DNA of 64,000 nucleotides, taken from assembly GCA_963693365.1 (NCBI GenBank), contig CAVNZM010000003.1, forward strand, positions 468,851 through 532,850, written 5' to 3'. A model generated the notes under the pieces. It worked only from the letters and a program-made list of their open reading frames with translations. It was not told the DNA's origin and searched no databases. The translations under genes were made by a program, and so were the position numbers. This document shows positions 20,179 to 33,938 of this stretch, in pieces (within the stretch, counting starts at the first letter, position 1; every line of letters starts with the position of its first letter). This DNA comes from Amoebidium appalachense. Lineage: Eukaryota > Protista > Ichthyosporea.

Positions 20179-21260
20179 TATATAGGCGGGGGAAGGGGAG
20201 GGAGGGGAGCGGGGACCCAACACCAACCAGCACGTACACCAGGGGCGCCAGCTAAGTTTCGTCAATAAATAAAGCGGCATTTGATTTGTAGCGTGCTGGT
20301 CCCACTAAAAATAGTGTATGTTGTGGGGGGTTCAGACACAAAGCTTTTAGACCCCAGTTTCATTTGCCTACGTGATAGTATGTGAGTCAAAGAGCAACGT
20401 TATGGTGAGCTCATGCAAGCACACGGTGCACGACACAACACACGATCTTTATGCATGCCGGAAAACCAAACATTGTCATGTATTAGTGACAATGTAGTAT
20501 GTATCAGGATCAGCAGAGGCCGAGCCTGGGGTGGTGGTGGTTTTGGTGGTGGTGGCAGTGGCCACACCAGTGAGGGGGGGGGGAGAAGGCTTGAAGGGGA
20601 TGAACATGTTGATAATAGGGGGAGGATAACCATAACACATGGCCGAGTGGCGTGGGTACAATATTAATAGGCATAGGCTGCAAAGCTAGTACTAGTACCA
20701 CTAGGCAACTGCTTCAGACCATTAAGTAATAACTACCAACGATACACGCTACATAGCTGCCCACACGGTGGGGAACGGGACCAAAACAGAGTCGGTGCTA
20801 CCATATTTGTTAATATTTATGTATCTTACCCAAAGATGGCAGTGTGAACGTTACTGAACAGATGTTCGTCACTACAAAGATAAAATTAGAAAGACAACCT
20901 GCTACAGTTTAAGGGCTACTTTTTTCGAATCGAGCCTATAGCCCGGGTGAGAACTAAACGTAACACAGACGGTCGTACCAATATTCACCTGCCCGCCGGT
21001 GCGGACATTGCGTACATTAACAGGGGTAAAATACCAAAAGAAATTCCACTACGCATTCAACAATTTGGACTATTTTCCAGGTCCGAGCTTTGTGGGTGAT
21101 CGGGGTGGTGCGGGCGACCTTGGGATCTGCATAAGTGACATATCTCAGTTTGTGGCCTGTTGTGCAAACCTTTCCCTCCCACCCCCCCCCAAAACACCCA
21201 CCCACCCACCCACCCACCCACACCCACCCACCCACCCACCCACCCACCCACCCACACCCA

Positions 21261-21371
<111 letters not shown>

Positions 21372-21593
21372 AATCCGTCCACCACCCACCCACCCACCCA
21401 CTGACCCATCCTCCCCACCCCTTCTTCACTCACCTCTGCACTCAGCTACAAATTTAGGTATGCAAGGGGCCCATATTAAAGGCATCTAATAAGATTGCTG
21501 TTTGGTTTGGATCCTTCGTTGAAGGTCGAAATTTGGTTAAGTCAACGTACGGTGGTTGTTTGGCTGTAGGGGTCTACGCAGTGATGCAATAAT

Positions 21594-21706
21594 TTAAATT
21601 CTATGGTGCCGTAATTTCTCATCCATCTCTCCTTCTTTCCCCAGTTTTTTGGATGTCGTTTCTCTGTTTTTATTAACTAGGGGGCGGGCGGGGTCTGTAG
21701 GGAGTT

Positions 21707-21739
<33 letters not shown>

Positions 21740-21806
21740 GGGGGGGGGGGGGGGGTGGCTGGGCTGACCAAAAACTCTCTTCTCCGTTCGGCAGAATGGT
21801 AGCAGC

Positions 21807-21876
<70 letters not shown>

Positions 21877-22002
21877 TGTGTGTGTGTGCATGCATTCGCG
21901 CGCACGCGAATGTGTGCATGTGCAGGTGCGTGTGCATGTGGAAGGCGGAGAAGGGGAAGGGGGAAAGGGGGGAGGGTGGGTGGTGGTGGTGGTGGTGGTG
22001 GT

Positions 22003-22052
<50 letters not shown>

Positions 22053-23190
22053 GGGGAAGGGGGGGGGAGGGGGGCAGTGTCACCTTTGGGCTGCCAGTTG
22101 GTTCGCGCGTACTGCCGGCTGCAGAGGACAAATAATGAGGAGGAATGATATCGGTTGGATGATGTTGGGTGTAGTGAATAAAACGTGGTTGGGTGTAATG
22201 CATAACGGTTGTTTAATGACGGTTACATCCTAGCCTGAGACAATGCATTTACGTGCGCATGTGCGCATGTGTGTGCATGCGTGTGCATGTGTGTGTGTGT
22301 GTGTGCCTGTGTGCCGACAGTTTATGTGTATGGAAGAAAAAGGAAAGGGATAAACAACCATGACACATGATTGCGCATGGAGGGACACGAACAAGGAGAG
22401 AGGCGAGCCAGTATATGAAGGAATTGATTTCTTTTTCTTTTTTTTTTTTTTTTTTTTTTTTTTTGGGGGGGGGGGGGGGGGGGGATGAAGAGGTATTTGC
22501 TTAGACTACAACATTCCACAAACACGTCAGGGAATTGAAAAAAAAATGTGGCCCCCCCCCCCCCCCCCTCCCCCCTCCCCGCCACTCAAACCAATTCCTT
22601 CCCCGCCTCTTTATTTATTTAATCTTTCTTTTTTTTTGCGCGGGGGAGGGAGGGGGAGGGGGGCGGGGAGGGAGGGGAGGTCTTATTCAACGACCATAAT
22701 GCAACATTGACACGTGGATCTTGTTAAACGTAAACTTTCGCAACATAGAACAAACATAGGGGGAGAAGGGGGGGGGGGGGGGAGGGGGAGGACGGGGAGA
22801 AGGGAGGAAGGGGGGTGGGCTGAGAGATGAGGGTTTGGAGGTGTTGCATACATCTTCCCCGCTCCTTTAGACTGCCAGTGGCACGACCCTGCACACAAAA
22901 TATCACGTGTCAGACTTTAAAAGCACACGTGCAAAGACTTAAAAACACACGTAATAAGACTCAAAAAGATACACAAAACACGTGTAAAGACTTAGAAAGG
23001 CGAAAGTGTTAAGATTTCAACCCCGTTTGTTCTTTCTTTTTTTTTTATTAAGTGTAGAGACTTGTCAAGACAGGTCAACAGGTGGCACCCACGAGGCTAC
23101 AAAATGCCCCCGAATGGACCCAGAGATAATGCGGGGAGTCCTGGTATGCACACCTCCTCACACACACACACAAACACACAAACACACACA

Positions 23191-23268
<78 letters not shown>

Positions 23269-23504
23269 CGCACCCATACACGTACACAAGCACTTAGAAA
23301 CAACAACCCACATACACCCCTCCCTTCCTCTCTCCCCCCCCCCTCCCCCCTCCCCCCCTCCCCCCCCCCCCCATCCCCCTCCCCCTGCGCATGCGTGGCC
23401 CGTGCCGCGACTCCCCCCCCCCCCCCCCCCCCACCTTCCCAGAGGCATTCACAACACGGACAAGGCGGGCACCCAATCGGAGTGAGGGCAGGGCAGGGCA
23501 GGGC

Positions 23505-23552
<48 letters not shown>

Positions 23553-24224
23553 AGAGGGAGGGGGAGGTGGGGAGGGAGGATTGGGGGGATTTGAGTGGGA
23601 GGGAGGATTGCTTACGGCCAGAGGGGGAGACCCAGGTGCTGGTTTGCCCTCCTCTGTGGAGGAGATAAGAGCGTTAGCAACAGCCAATGAGAAAGGAAAG
23701 AAATCATGCATGTAGTGCTTTTGAGAGAAAGACGAAACGAAGCACAATGGAAGAATCGACGGGAATGTGCTGGAATCTGGTAAAAAGGAAGGGCCGGGCA
23801 GCGCGCAGGGCGTGCGGGGGGGGGGGGGGGAGGGGGGAGGGGGGGATGGGGGGCACACCAACCCACCCATCCCACATTCAAGCACCCGCCAAGCCACCAA
23901 CCCTCCTTTCCACTAACTCACCCACCCATCTCAACCTCTCATCCCCATCCTCCCTTCCCCTTCCCTCCCCCCCTCCCTCCCCCCTTTCTTTCCCATCCAC
24001 CCCCCCACCCCCTTTCCTCCACACCCAACCACCCAACACATTCTCCGTAGACTTCCTCCCCCCCCCCCCCCCCCCCCCCGCCCCACACGCACAAACACGT
24101 ACTTGGCCTATTAGGTGGTGATCTCAGTCTACCCAGCTGCAGGTAAGTAAACCTCCATCTCCCCCCCTCCCCCCTCCCCACCACACACACGCACCACCCC
24201 CCCCCCCGTTCCCCCTCCCCCCCT

Positions 24225-24255
<31 letters not shown>

Positions 24256-24676
24256 AAAAAAAAAAAAAGGAAGTAAACACACACACAAACACCCACCCAC
24301 CCACACGCACACGCACACACGTACTTGGCCTGTTAGGTGGTGACCTCAGTCTAGCCAGCTGCAGATATGTAAACCCTGCATGGTCACGTGCATCTTTGTC
24401 TGCTCCCGCCTTGAGCAGAATCTCAATCAGCCCCGTGTACCCCCGTGCACCAGCTAGGTGCAGCGGTGTGGTGCCCTGTACGTGTGTGTGTGTGAGTGTG
24501 TGTGTGTGTGTGTGCGTGCGTGTGTGTGTACGTGTGTCTGTGTGTGTGTGTGTGTGTGGCCGGGGGGGGAGGGGGGCGGGGAGGAAGGGGGTTTGTGTGT
24601 ACTAGAATGTGTGTGGGTGTGTTAGGCAGGGAGGGAGGGGGAGGAGTATGTGTGTGTGTGTGTGTGTGTGCATGTG

Positions 24677-24726
<50 letters not shown>

Positions 24727-26822
24727 TGTGCATATATGTATGTGCGAGAACGAATGTGTGAGTGAGGGATATTGGGTCGGGGTGGGAGGACGGGAGAGCG
24801 AGGGGGTCTGACTGAGTGTGTGTGTTTGTGGCGTGGGGGGCTGGGGGGAGAAGGAGGGGCAGGGAGGAGAGAGCCATGAAAGATGGAGGGAGGGTGGAAA
24901 GAAGGGAAACAAGGGGTGTGGAGGGCAATGGGGGTTTGAATTCAACTCGAAGAATGGCAATATCATAACAACTATGAACATGGGAGACGAAAGAACGGGA
25001 GACAACTGAGAAACCATGTTCCTTTGTATTGGTGGGGATGTCTCCCTAGAGTTTTCAAACTGGTATGTAAGTATTGGCAGGGAGAGATACCGTGCCTGAG
25101 CACGAACACACATGCACATGCTGTATAATAACACAACATCAAAACAAATAAAAATAAAATAAATAACAAGCCGACAGGAGAAAAAAGAAAAAAGTTTTTT
25201 TTCTTTTCTTTTTTTTTTTCGTTGGGTGGTGGCGGTAATGTCGGGGTGGAGTGGGGAGGGGATGAGGGGAGCGGGGCAAGGGAGGGGAAAAGAGGGGAGG
25301 GGGGGGGGGGGGGGGGGGAGGGGGGGGGATACATGTTGGAGTAGAGTCTGTTTTTGGGTGGGGTTAAGTGGTTGGGCAACGAAAGAATATTTTTGGCTAG
25401 GGTTGGGGATACATGGGGGGAGGGGGGGGGGATACACACCGACTATGTTTGATAACGCGATGGATATGTTGTACGGAACATCGGAACATCGGGATTGGAT
25501 GTGGGTGGATGAAAGGTGAGAATTAGACGTATATCCGCAACCCCCTCCCCCCTCCCCCTCTCCCCCCCAGGTCACACCAATATTGAATGGGATTGAGGGA
25601 AGGGTGAAAGTTAGATATGTATCAACCCCTGCCCCTCCCCCCCCCCCCCCCCCTCTCCCCAACCCTCCCTCCCGAGCATTTTGGAAAAGCTAGACAAGAA
25701 ATAAAACTTAGCCTAAAGGAACACAAAAAATCCCCCCCCCCCCCCCCCCCCCCCCACTCCTTCCCCCCTTCCCCCCAGCAAGCACCCCAAACTCGAAGAC
25801 CTTTATTGTGTCGATAGGCTTCCCCTTCCTTCCCCCCCCCCACCCCCACCCCCCTCTCCCCTCTCCGCACATACACCTAGCCCCCACATTCCTAGTTTCT
25901 CACGACCCCCCCCCCCCCCCCCCCCACCCCCCCCCCTCCATCCTTGGTGCATTCAACTTAGGCACAGGCAGGAACTTACCCTCTGATGTGCAAATATCGA
26001 CCATCCACAAGTTGCAGGGAATATGTGGGTGGGTGGACATGGTGTTAGTGTTTTAAGCATACAGAGTCCTTGAATCGTAACAACCCTCCTTCCCTCCCTC
26101 TCCCTCTCCCTCTCTCTCTCCCTCCCTCCCCCCCCCCCTCCCCTCCTTCCCTCTCTCTCCCTCTCCCTCCTTCCCCCCATCTGTCTCCCCCCTCTCCCCC
26201 CCCCCCCCCCCCCCCCCCCTTCCTTCCCCCATTCCCTCCCCACAAACACATACGTGTACCCATGCCACCCCACCTCTCAACAAGCAGGATACAAGATGTT
26301 CGATATGACACATACTTTTGCATCGATTTTGTGTGTGTGTGTTACTGGTGGTAGTGTTGGCGGGGACATTGTGGGTTTGCAGGCAACGGTGGGATGGGGC
26401 TAGAGGGGAGGTGGGGAGGGGGGAGGGGAGGGGGAGGGGGGAGGGGGGAGGGGGGGATGTATGTAGACACAGAGTAGTTTGCAATAAGAACACACAAGAG
26501 TGTCCGCCATGGGTGCGTTTTGTCTTTTTTGGGGTTGGAGGGGGGGAGGGGGGGGTAAAGGGGGGGAGAGGGGGGGGGGGGGGGGGGGGGACATTGTTCG
26601 AGCGACTGATTGGTGCTGGTGATGGGTGGGTGGGTGGAGGTTTGGGAGAGAGAGGGATCGAGAGAGAGAAAGGGAAAGAGGAAGCGCAAGAAAAACAGAG
26701 TGTGTATGTGTGTGTGTGTGTGCTCCTGAGGGAGAGGCACAAAAGGACAAAACAAACACAAAGCTTCTTCTCCTCCCCCTCCCCCCCCCCCCCAAAAAAA
26801 ATAAAAAACAAAAAAAAAACAC

Positions 26823-26861
<39 letters not shown>

Positions 26862-27620
26862 CCCTCTTTTTTTCCCCACACATAAAACTCAACACAAGAA
26901 AATAGAGGGATTACATGTAAGACCTACGTTTGTGACATTAACTGGGTGCTGTGCCTGCAACAGCAAGTTAACCAGATCCACATTGTTGGTGGCTACGGCA
27001 AAGTGCAGCCCAGACTGAAAGGGGGGGAGGGGGAGGGCGGGGCGGGGCGGGGGGTGTATGCGTTAAAGGTTTGGAAATATGGAGGAGACATAAATGGACA
27101 ACAACAACAAAATAAAACGTCGCAAAAATGAGAAACCCGAAATCAAGTGATTCCAGCGTGCACGCAGAAGTCACTTGAACAGAGCCCATCATCAGGGGAA
27201 GGAGGGGGGGGGGGGGGGGGGGGGAGGGGAGCTTCCGATTAGAATGTGTTACAGAGTGAGAAGTGCACATTCATAACGGAAAAAGGTGCAGAGTGAAAAC
27301 TACACACAAAGAGTATTGGGGGCGGCAGGGGAGGGGGGGGGTTTGAATGCGGAACACGGTACGAAGTACGCATACACGAAGGACACATGCAAAGGCAAAC
27401 ATTCAAGTATGCAACATAGCCATGCGCACAGTATGCGTCATAAGCAGAGCCCATCCTCAGGGAGGGCCCAAGGCGGGGGAGGGGGGGGGGGGGGGGGGGT
27501 GGAGGGGCAAAACATGTTACAGAGTGCAAAGTACACAATTACAACGGACAACACAACGCAGGGTGTAAACAACATATAGAGAGCACGTGTCACAAGGTAA
27601 GGGTGGGTGGGTGGGTGGGT

Positions 27621-27656
<36 letters not shown>

Positions 27657-28087
27657 AAGGGGATGGTTGGGTGTGGGCGAAAAAGCACACAGGTGTAGAT
27701 CTTTATCTATGTTTGCTTGGCACGTTTTGATATAACGGCATGTCCCCAGGATTACTTTATAATGACACATTCTTGTTTTTTAAAAAGAAAACATGTGTAG
27801 CCAACACTTTTCTTTAAGCCGACATCGATATGACGTATAATTGGGCATTGATGCCACACAGGGATATAGGCAGAAATAGACCTTTAAAACATTGTAGTGG
27901 AGTGGGCGATTGCTGTGTGTGAGTGCAAAAAGAAGAAGCACATCTAAACTTGGGAGGGATCTCCTATCAAGTTGTCTTGGTTGCTGTTTCACTATCCCTT
28001 TGCCCGCCCCATGTGCTTGTCCCTTTAAGTTTTCTGTTTCCGTACAACCCTCCCCCCCCCCCCCCCTTCCTCCCCTCCCCCCTTCTC

Positions 28088-28120
<33 letters not shown>

Positions 28121-28161
28121 ACCCACCCACCCAGCAAAACCACGCACACACATACACACGT

Positions 28162-28237
<76 letters not shown>

Positions 28238-28681
28238 CACATGTCTACCCAAAGCCCGCTTACTGGTGGAAGAGAAGGGAAGAAAGAAAGGACGGGAGGG
28301 AAGAAAGGAAGGAACGAGGAGGGGGGAATGGGGGGAAAGGTGAGATGACGTCAGGTTTACGTCAAGTTGAAACCAGAGTATATGGTGGGCTTTGCCTCTA
28401 TCATGTAACTCCCTTGTTTAGCAATTGCTTCATTGACATATAAATGTATTCTCGGGAAACAAAAACATAGACGATCATTATGAGATACATAGGTAGGCGA
28501 AAGGATGGGCCACTTACATACTGTATGGCGGAGGCGAGCGGGCGATGGGTGGAGGTAGAGATAGTGTGGTAGTGTTAGTGTTGGAAATCGGGCAGACACA
28601 AGGCAGAAAGCATAAACACACTGGCATATTTGGTAATGTATTGGACCTGGTTTTTGCGTGCAATTAAATTTTGAGTGTAGA

Positions 28682-28719
<38 letters not shown>

Positions 28720-29011
28720 ACACGTACCCCTGCACCTCTCTCTTCGATTTTCGACTATAATCTACACGATTGTTGCCATTCCATGCCGGGATGCAAACCC
28801 AGATATGCATGAAGTACTCGTAAAACATAAGAGAGAGAGGAAGGAGGGGGGAGGAAGGAGGAGGAGGGGGTGGGTGGGTGGGTGGTGGGGGGGGGGGGGG
28901 ACACAATGTGGTGCATGCACAATAACGCAATAACTGTTATCAGTTTCAAACGGCTCACCGTAGTTTGAACACGCAAAAGAAACAAAAGATAGTAAGTTTT
29001 TTTTTTTTTTT

Positions 29012-29057
<46 letters not shown>

Positions 29058-29213
29058 TAATGAATCAGGGGATAGGCAGCAGATTCCAGGTGATGACGCC
29101 AGAAACTTACCCCCTGTGGAAAACACCAAAACCGTCAGTTTAAATAGCCCTCACCCTCCCCCCCCCCCCCCCCCCTCCCCCTGCTCACTTCATGTGCCCT
29201 CCCTCCATCAACG

Positions 29214-29246
<33 letters not shown>

Positions 29247-29483
29247 TTTAATGGAACACATCTCTGACTACCACCCTTAAACCCTTCATAGACATCGACA
29301 CTGACCACTCCATGGGGGGACTGGGAGAGAGGGAGAAAGAGAAAGCAGGGGGGATGGGTCGGGGGGAGTGGGGAGGGGGGGGGGGGGGGGGGAGGATGGG
29401 AGAAAGAGAGTTCGATTTTCGTTTTTGTTGTTGTTGTTTGTGCGCGCGCGTGTGTGTTTGTGTCTGTGTGTGTGTGTGTGTTT

Positions 29484-29522
<39 letters not shown>

Positions 29523-32500
29523 TGTGTGTTTGGGGGGGGGGGCGGTGGGAGGGGGAGCGGGGGTATATGTTGCTAGAATTAGCTAATATAAAATTATTGT
29601 TTGAATGCCGAAATGGGATCAAGAGACCAAGAGTGCGCATTCTTTACAATTGCATACAGGAATCCGACGTCTAATGTGCTGGTTTACATAGCACAAGAAC
29701 AGACATTCATGGCATGGTTGTTACACATGGGCCATGGGCAGTTCTAGTTATTTCCTATCAACACACACACACACACACACATACATCCACACACACATAC
29801 ACACACGCGCGCGTGCACACGAACCTCCTCCCCTCCCCCCCCCCTCCCCCCCCCCCCACACACACACAAATACGCACACACAAGCACGGCGCGCGTGCAC
29901 CCGCGCGCACACACACACACACACCTACCTACGAATGCACGAGCACACTCCAACACACACACACCAACCCACCTCTCCTATCCTCCCACCAACTCCACTT
30001 ACACCAACAATTAGCCCAGATATCACTCACCGTGAATTGGTCCTGGCAAGAACAACACGTTCCACGTTGCCGTAAGCAGAGGGAGGGCAGGAGAAACACG
30101 TTAGGCCCAACCACAAAATATGCTAACCCTCCCCCCCCCCCCCTTCCCTTCTGCCTTTATTCCTCCATTGTCGACACCCCACCCCTCACCCTCTCCTGTT
30201 CACATGCACACTGAATACCCCCTCCCCCCCTCAACCCGCCCCCCCCCCCCCCACCCCTTCCCCCCGACTCCACCTTTCAAAAACATACCGCTTACAACTT
30301 TGTCCCTGCCCCCTTTTCTCTCCGACTGCTGCCCACTCTCCCCTCCGCTCCCCCCCCCCCCTCCAAACCCCCCCTCCCCCCTCATGCACGTTAGTGTGTG
30401 TGTGATCGTTTGTGTGTGTGTGCACATGTGCAATTTGGGTATACCATGTGATTTAGGTGTGTATATGTGGATGTGTGGGTGTGCGTGTGTGTATGTGTGT
30501 GCGTGTGTGTGTGTGTGCGTGCTTGTGTTTGTGTGCGTGTGTATGTGTGTGTGGACGGGTGTACTGTGTGTGTGTTTGTGTGTTTGTGTGTGTGTGTATG
30601 TGTGCGCGCGAACGCGCGCGCGTGTTTGTGTGGGTGTGGGTGCACGCACAAGTCTGTGGCATCTAACTATCTCCGCACAAAAGCACACATGGATGATCAC
30701 GTGCACGCATGAGCAAAAACGTACACACATCAGCTGTGTGTGTGTGTCATATATGCAGATGCGCAGCTTATGCACACACACGTGCCAGCACAATCTTCCA
30801 CAGTGCACGTGCACCTACACGACACAGGCCAACTCAGTGTGTGCATGCACGTGCACACATGGGTCAGTGAATTTTGTGCATGTACGTGCACACACATAAG
30901 CAATTGATTGTGCACGTGCACACACATAAGCAATTGATTGTGCACGTGCACACACATAAGCAATTGATTGTGCACGTGCACACACATAAGTTAGTGCATT
31001 GTGTGCATGTACGTGCACACACATACACAACTGATTATGCACGTGCACACACGCATGCCAGCACAGTCTCCCACCGTGCACGTGCACACGCATAAGCCAA
31101 TCCACTGTGTGCAGGCACGTGCAGCCATTCAGCACCCAGCCGACCTTCGTCCACACGATGTCGTCTGAGCGCTGAATGGCTTTCTTCACTGTCGCTACAT
31201 CCCCCTTGGCAGCCGCAGCTAGAAACCTCCGCTCATCCTAATTTTATTTGTTTGGTTTTTTTTTGTTTGGGGTTTTCAGGATAAAGGGGGAGTGGGGGGG
31301 GGGGGGGAGGGGGGAGGGGGGGGGGGGGGGAGGGGGGGAGGTGGGGGGGGGAGGGGGGGGGGGGGGGGGGGGCAGGAGCTGTTGGAGAAGGGCGACAGAG
31401 TTGGGAGAAGTGAAGGGGGGAAATCTCGGTGAAGGAGGGGTCGGTTTAGGTGGTGGTGGTGGTGGGGTGTGTGTGTGTGTGTTTGGAAGGGGGAGGGGGG
31501 GGGGGGGGGGGGGGGAGGGGGGAAGGGGGGCAATAAGCAAATGTATTTGCACAATACACCAGATTAGAGAATCCTTAGCAACTGCACAATGCTAAACTGT
31601 AGATAGGGAGGGAGGAAGTCAGTGTATGCACGTGGGGGAGGGCAGGGGGGAGGGGAGGGGGGGGGGAGGCTTGGAATATGCAAACATACACGGTATGATG
31701 AGTATGGAAAACTGTCAGATCCAAGAAACAGGCAGGAGCGAGACGCTATTTCAGAGGATGGAGATAAAACCTAGCAGAAAAGATGTACCATCGACCGTGC
31801 GTATAACGAGTATGAGATCTGTGTGTTTTGTGTACAGCATTAAGATTGACTGTGTGTGTGTGTGTGTGTGCGTGTTTATACGGTTAGAGTGCAAAAACTG
31901 GATTATGAGCAGTGTTATGAAATGCTGACTAGTCTACCAGAGAACAAGCAAGACTGAAAAGGTGAGACTTGGGGGAGTGTCTTTACCCACCTTGGTTGTG
32001 CCGTCTTTCTTAACTTTCTCTGCACATCGAACATGTCAGTGTTTCGAAGAAACAAAACAAGAAGTAAGTGTTTTCTTCCGCTAATAAAAAGGGGGCTGCC
32101 ATTCCGGAAAGGGGGTAGAGATGAGAGAGTGAAGGGGATCGAGGTTAAGGGGGAGGGGTGTATGGGATGTTGGGGGGGGGGGGGGGGGAGGGGGGGGGGG
32201 GGGGGGGCTGGGAAAGGGGGGAGGAGGAAGAGGGGGAGAGGGGGGGGGGGGGGGGGTATTGTAAAACAAAGGTTGACACAGAGAACTTGGTTACATAGTG
32301 AGCACAACCCCTATCTTTGCTGAAGCCAGTGACCAGTAACCACGGCTGCTAAAACTGTCCTTTTGCTTCAAACATAAACTTGTAGCTAACAGATGATAGG
32401 AAAAAAAAACTGCTGGGGAAGAGGTGGATGAGGGGGAGCTGCGGATTTGTGAAAGATTGAGCGCCAAATTGGGTAGAAAAAGGCACAGCAACATAGCATG

Positions 32501-32651
32501 CGGGATCTGGTGAGCACACGAGAAAAAAAAAAAACAGGAAACGGGAAGGTGGTCCAAGAAAGACTAGGCTCAGAAACTATGTCTCACAGACGCTACCTTG
32601 GTTTCGTTGGGCCTTCTGTAGCTTCTGGATGTTGTGGGCTACACCACCCAT
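21594..32651 (-). CDS. Ankyrin-repeat protein with microexons; 3' end uncertain
   Basis: Exons on the - strand: 32651-32597 [18 protein letters not shown]; 32019-31991 [10 protein letters not shown]; 31237-31145 [31 protein letters not shown]; 30042-30031 DQFT; 29113-29111 G; 28520-28518 Y; 27014-26928 [29 protein letters not shown]; 25982-25980 R; 25442-25440 S; 24475-24325 [50 protein letters not shown]; 23653-23616 [13 protein letters not shown]. Further candidate exons near 23140, 22885, 22118 and 21695 are less certain. Confidence 0.85.
27340..27471 (-). repeat. Intronic ~145-nt dispersed repeat, copy in an ankyrin-gene intron
   Basis: Reverse complement of gggccctccctgaggatgggctctgcttatgacgcatactgtgcgcatggct...gtacttcgtaccgtgttccgcattcaaacccc. 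Confidence 0.9.
30870..31097. repeat. 30-bp minisatellite in an intron of the ankyrin gene
   Basis: Unit gtgcacacacataagcaattgattgtgcac repeated three times perfectly (~30886-30975), with degenerate flanking copies. Confidence 0.85.
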
Positions 32652-33644
32652 TTTTCTTTCCCTGTTGAAAGACAGAGATGAGAAGTCGTGTTTGGAAAAA
32701 GCTCAACCTGAACAAGAACCCAAGGGATGACTTACTGCGTCTTCTTCCCCAGGCATGTTGGCGTTTGGTAACCCTGGGTGTTTTTTCTGCTAAAGAATGT
32801 GTTATTTATTCTCTCTCTTCAACAAACCCTGGCTTTCGCACCAAGTTCATACAGTTACCAGAGACCTACTATAATAGATCCTAAGTGATTCGACCAAGAG
32901 ATCTAGATTGATGGGAGTTTGGCTGAGCAGTGTTTGGCTCAAACAGCGTCACGTATTTTTCCGCTTCACCGCCTTCTACACTTTAAGTAATGTGCAAGCT
33001 CTTTCTCTTTGTGCTAACCCTAACATCTCAGCCTAAAGTTTCCGAAATAGCCAGGCTGAGAGTTTCTAACTTTTCAGAGTCCCGCGAGTTTGCTGTGCAG
33101 TGTGTTGAGAAACTTGCCGGCTGGCATGGTGCGCCGTAAACCAATCATATTGCTACAAACAATAATAGCCATATATGGCATGTATTTCTAGCATGATGAC
33201 GTCACTAATATACTAATATTAGTACGATGATGCCTTACAATGGGTTTTGGAACAGGAGAGGAAGACCCGGGGGGAGCGGGGGGAGGGGGGGGGGGGGGGG
33301 AGGGGGGGGGGAGGGGGGGACATTCGTGGTGCGCGCGCAATCGCCTTGGGCGCGCCGACAACAAAAAAGGTATATAATGTTGCTTCTCTGTAACAATCGT
33401 GTACTTGTATATATTTCTCATCACATATTCATCAGGCTACACTGTAGCACCTGACAGGCAGAATTGGAATACTGGTGTCAATTTGTGTATGATAATTCCT
33501 TTAGAATAATAGCCCCCCCCCCCCCTCCTCCCACAGAAAAACATACAACCCCCCCTCCCCCCCCACCACCACCCACGCCAACACACACATTATGATCAAA
33601 CCCCCCCCCCCCCCCCCATCCCCTACACACACATACCGTCACAG

Positions 33645-33698
<54 letters not shown>

Positions 33699-33938
33699 CA
33701 GGACATTGCACACGAACACATGCCCTCCTAAGGTTTGACACCTGTAGTCAGAATACAGAAAACCACGCAGGGCGAAAAGGTTATCCAAACAGCAAAGCTG
33801 TGTACGTAGTACATAAAAAACCCTATCGATTCAATCAATTCGTGTGCAGCTCATTTTTTTATCTATCCTCCCAGCATAACCCATGCCAAATCCCTATTCA
33901 ACAGGGCCAGGGTTTCTATAGCCCGCCTTGCACAAGTC

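Noticed and set aside
25092-25096. 5-nt candidate microexon ctcag|GCACG|gtatct (- strand)
   Set aside because: It would frameshift the ankyrin ORF, and the donor is weak.
27882-27912. 31-nt candidate exon reading [10 protein letters not shown] (ankyrin-like), usable with a 2-nt GG exon at 28728-28729
   Set aside because: Its donor is weak (GTCTAT), and the GG acceptor lies in an AG-rich context. The DQFT-G-Y-SGLH path already gives a correct repeat, and this insertion would break the repeat spacing.
30870-31097. 30-bp repeats considered as a CRISPR-like array
   Set aside because: The units are head-to-tail with no unique spacers and lie in a eukaryotic intron; this is a minisatellite.
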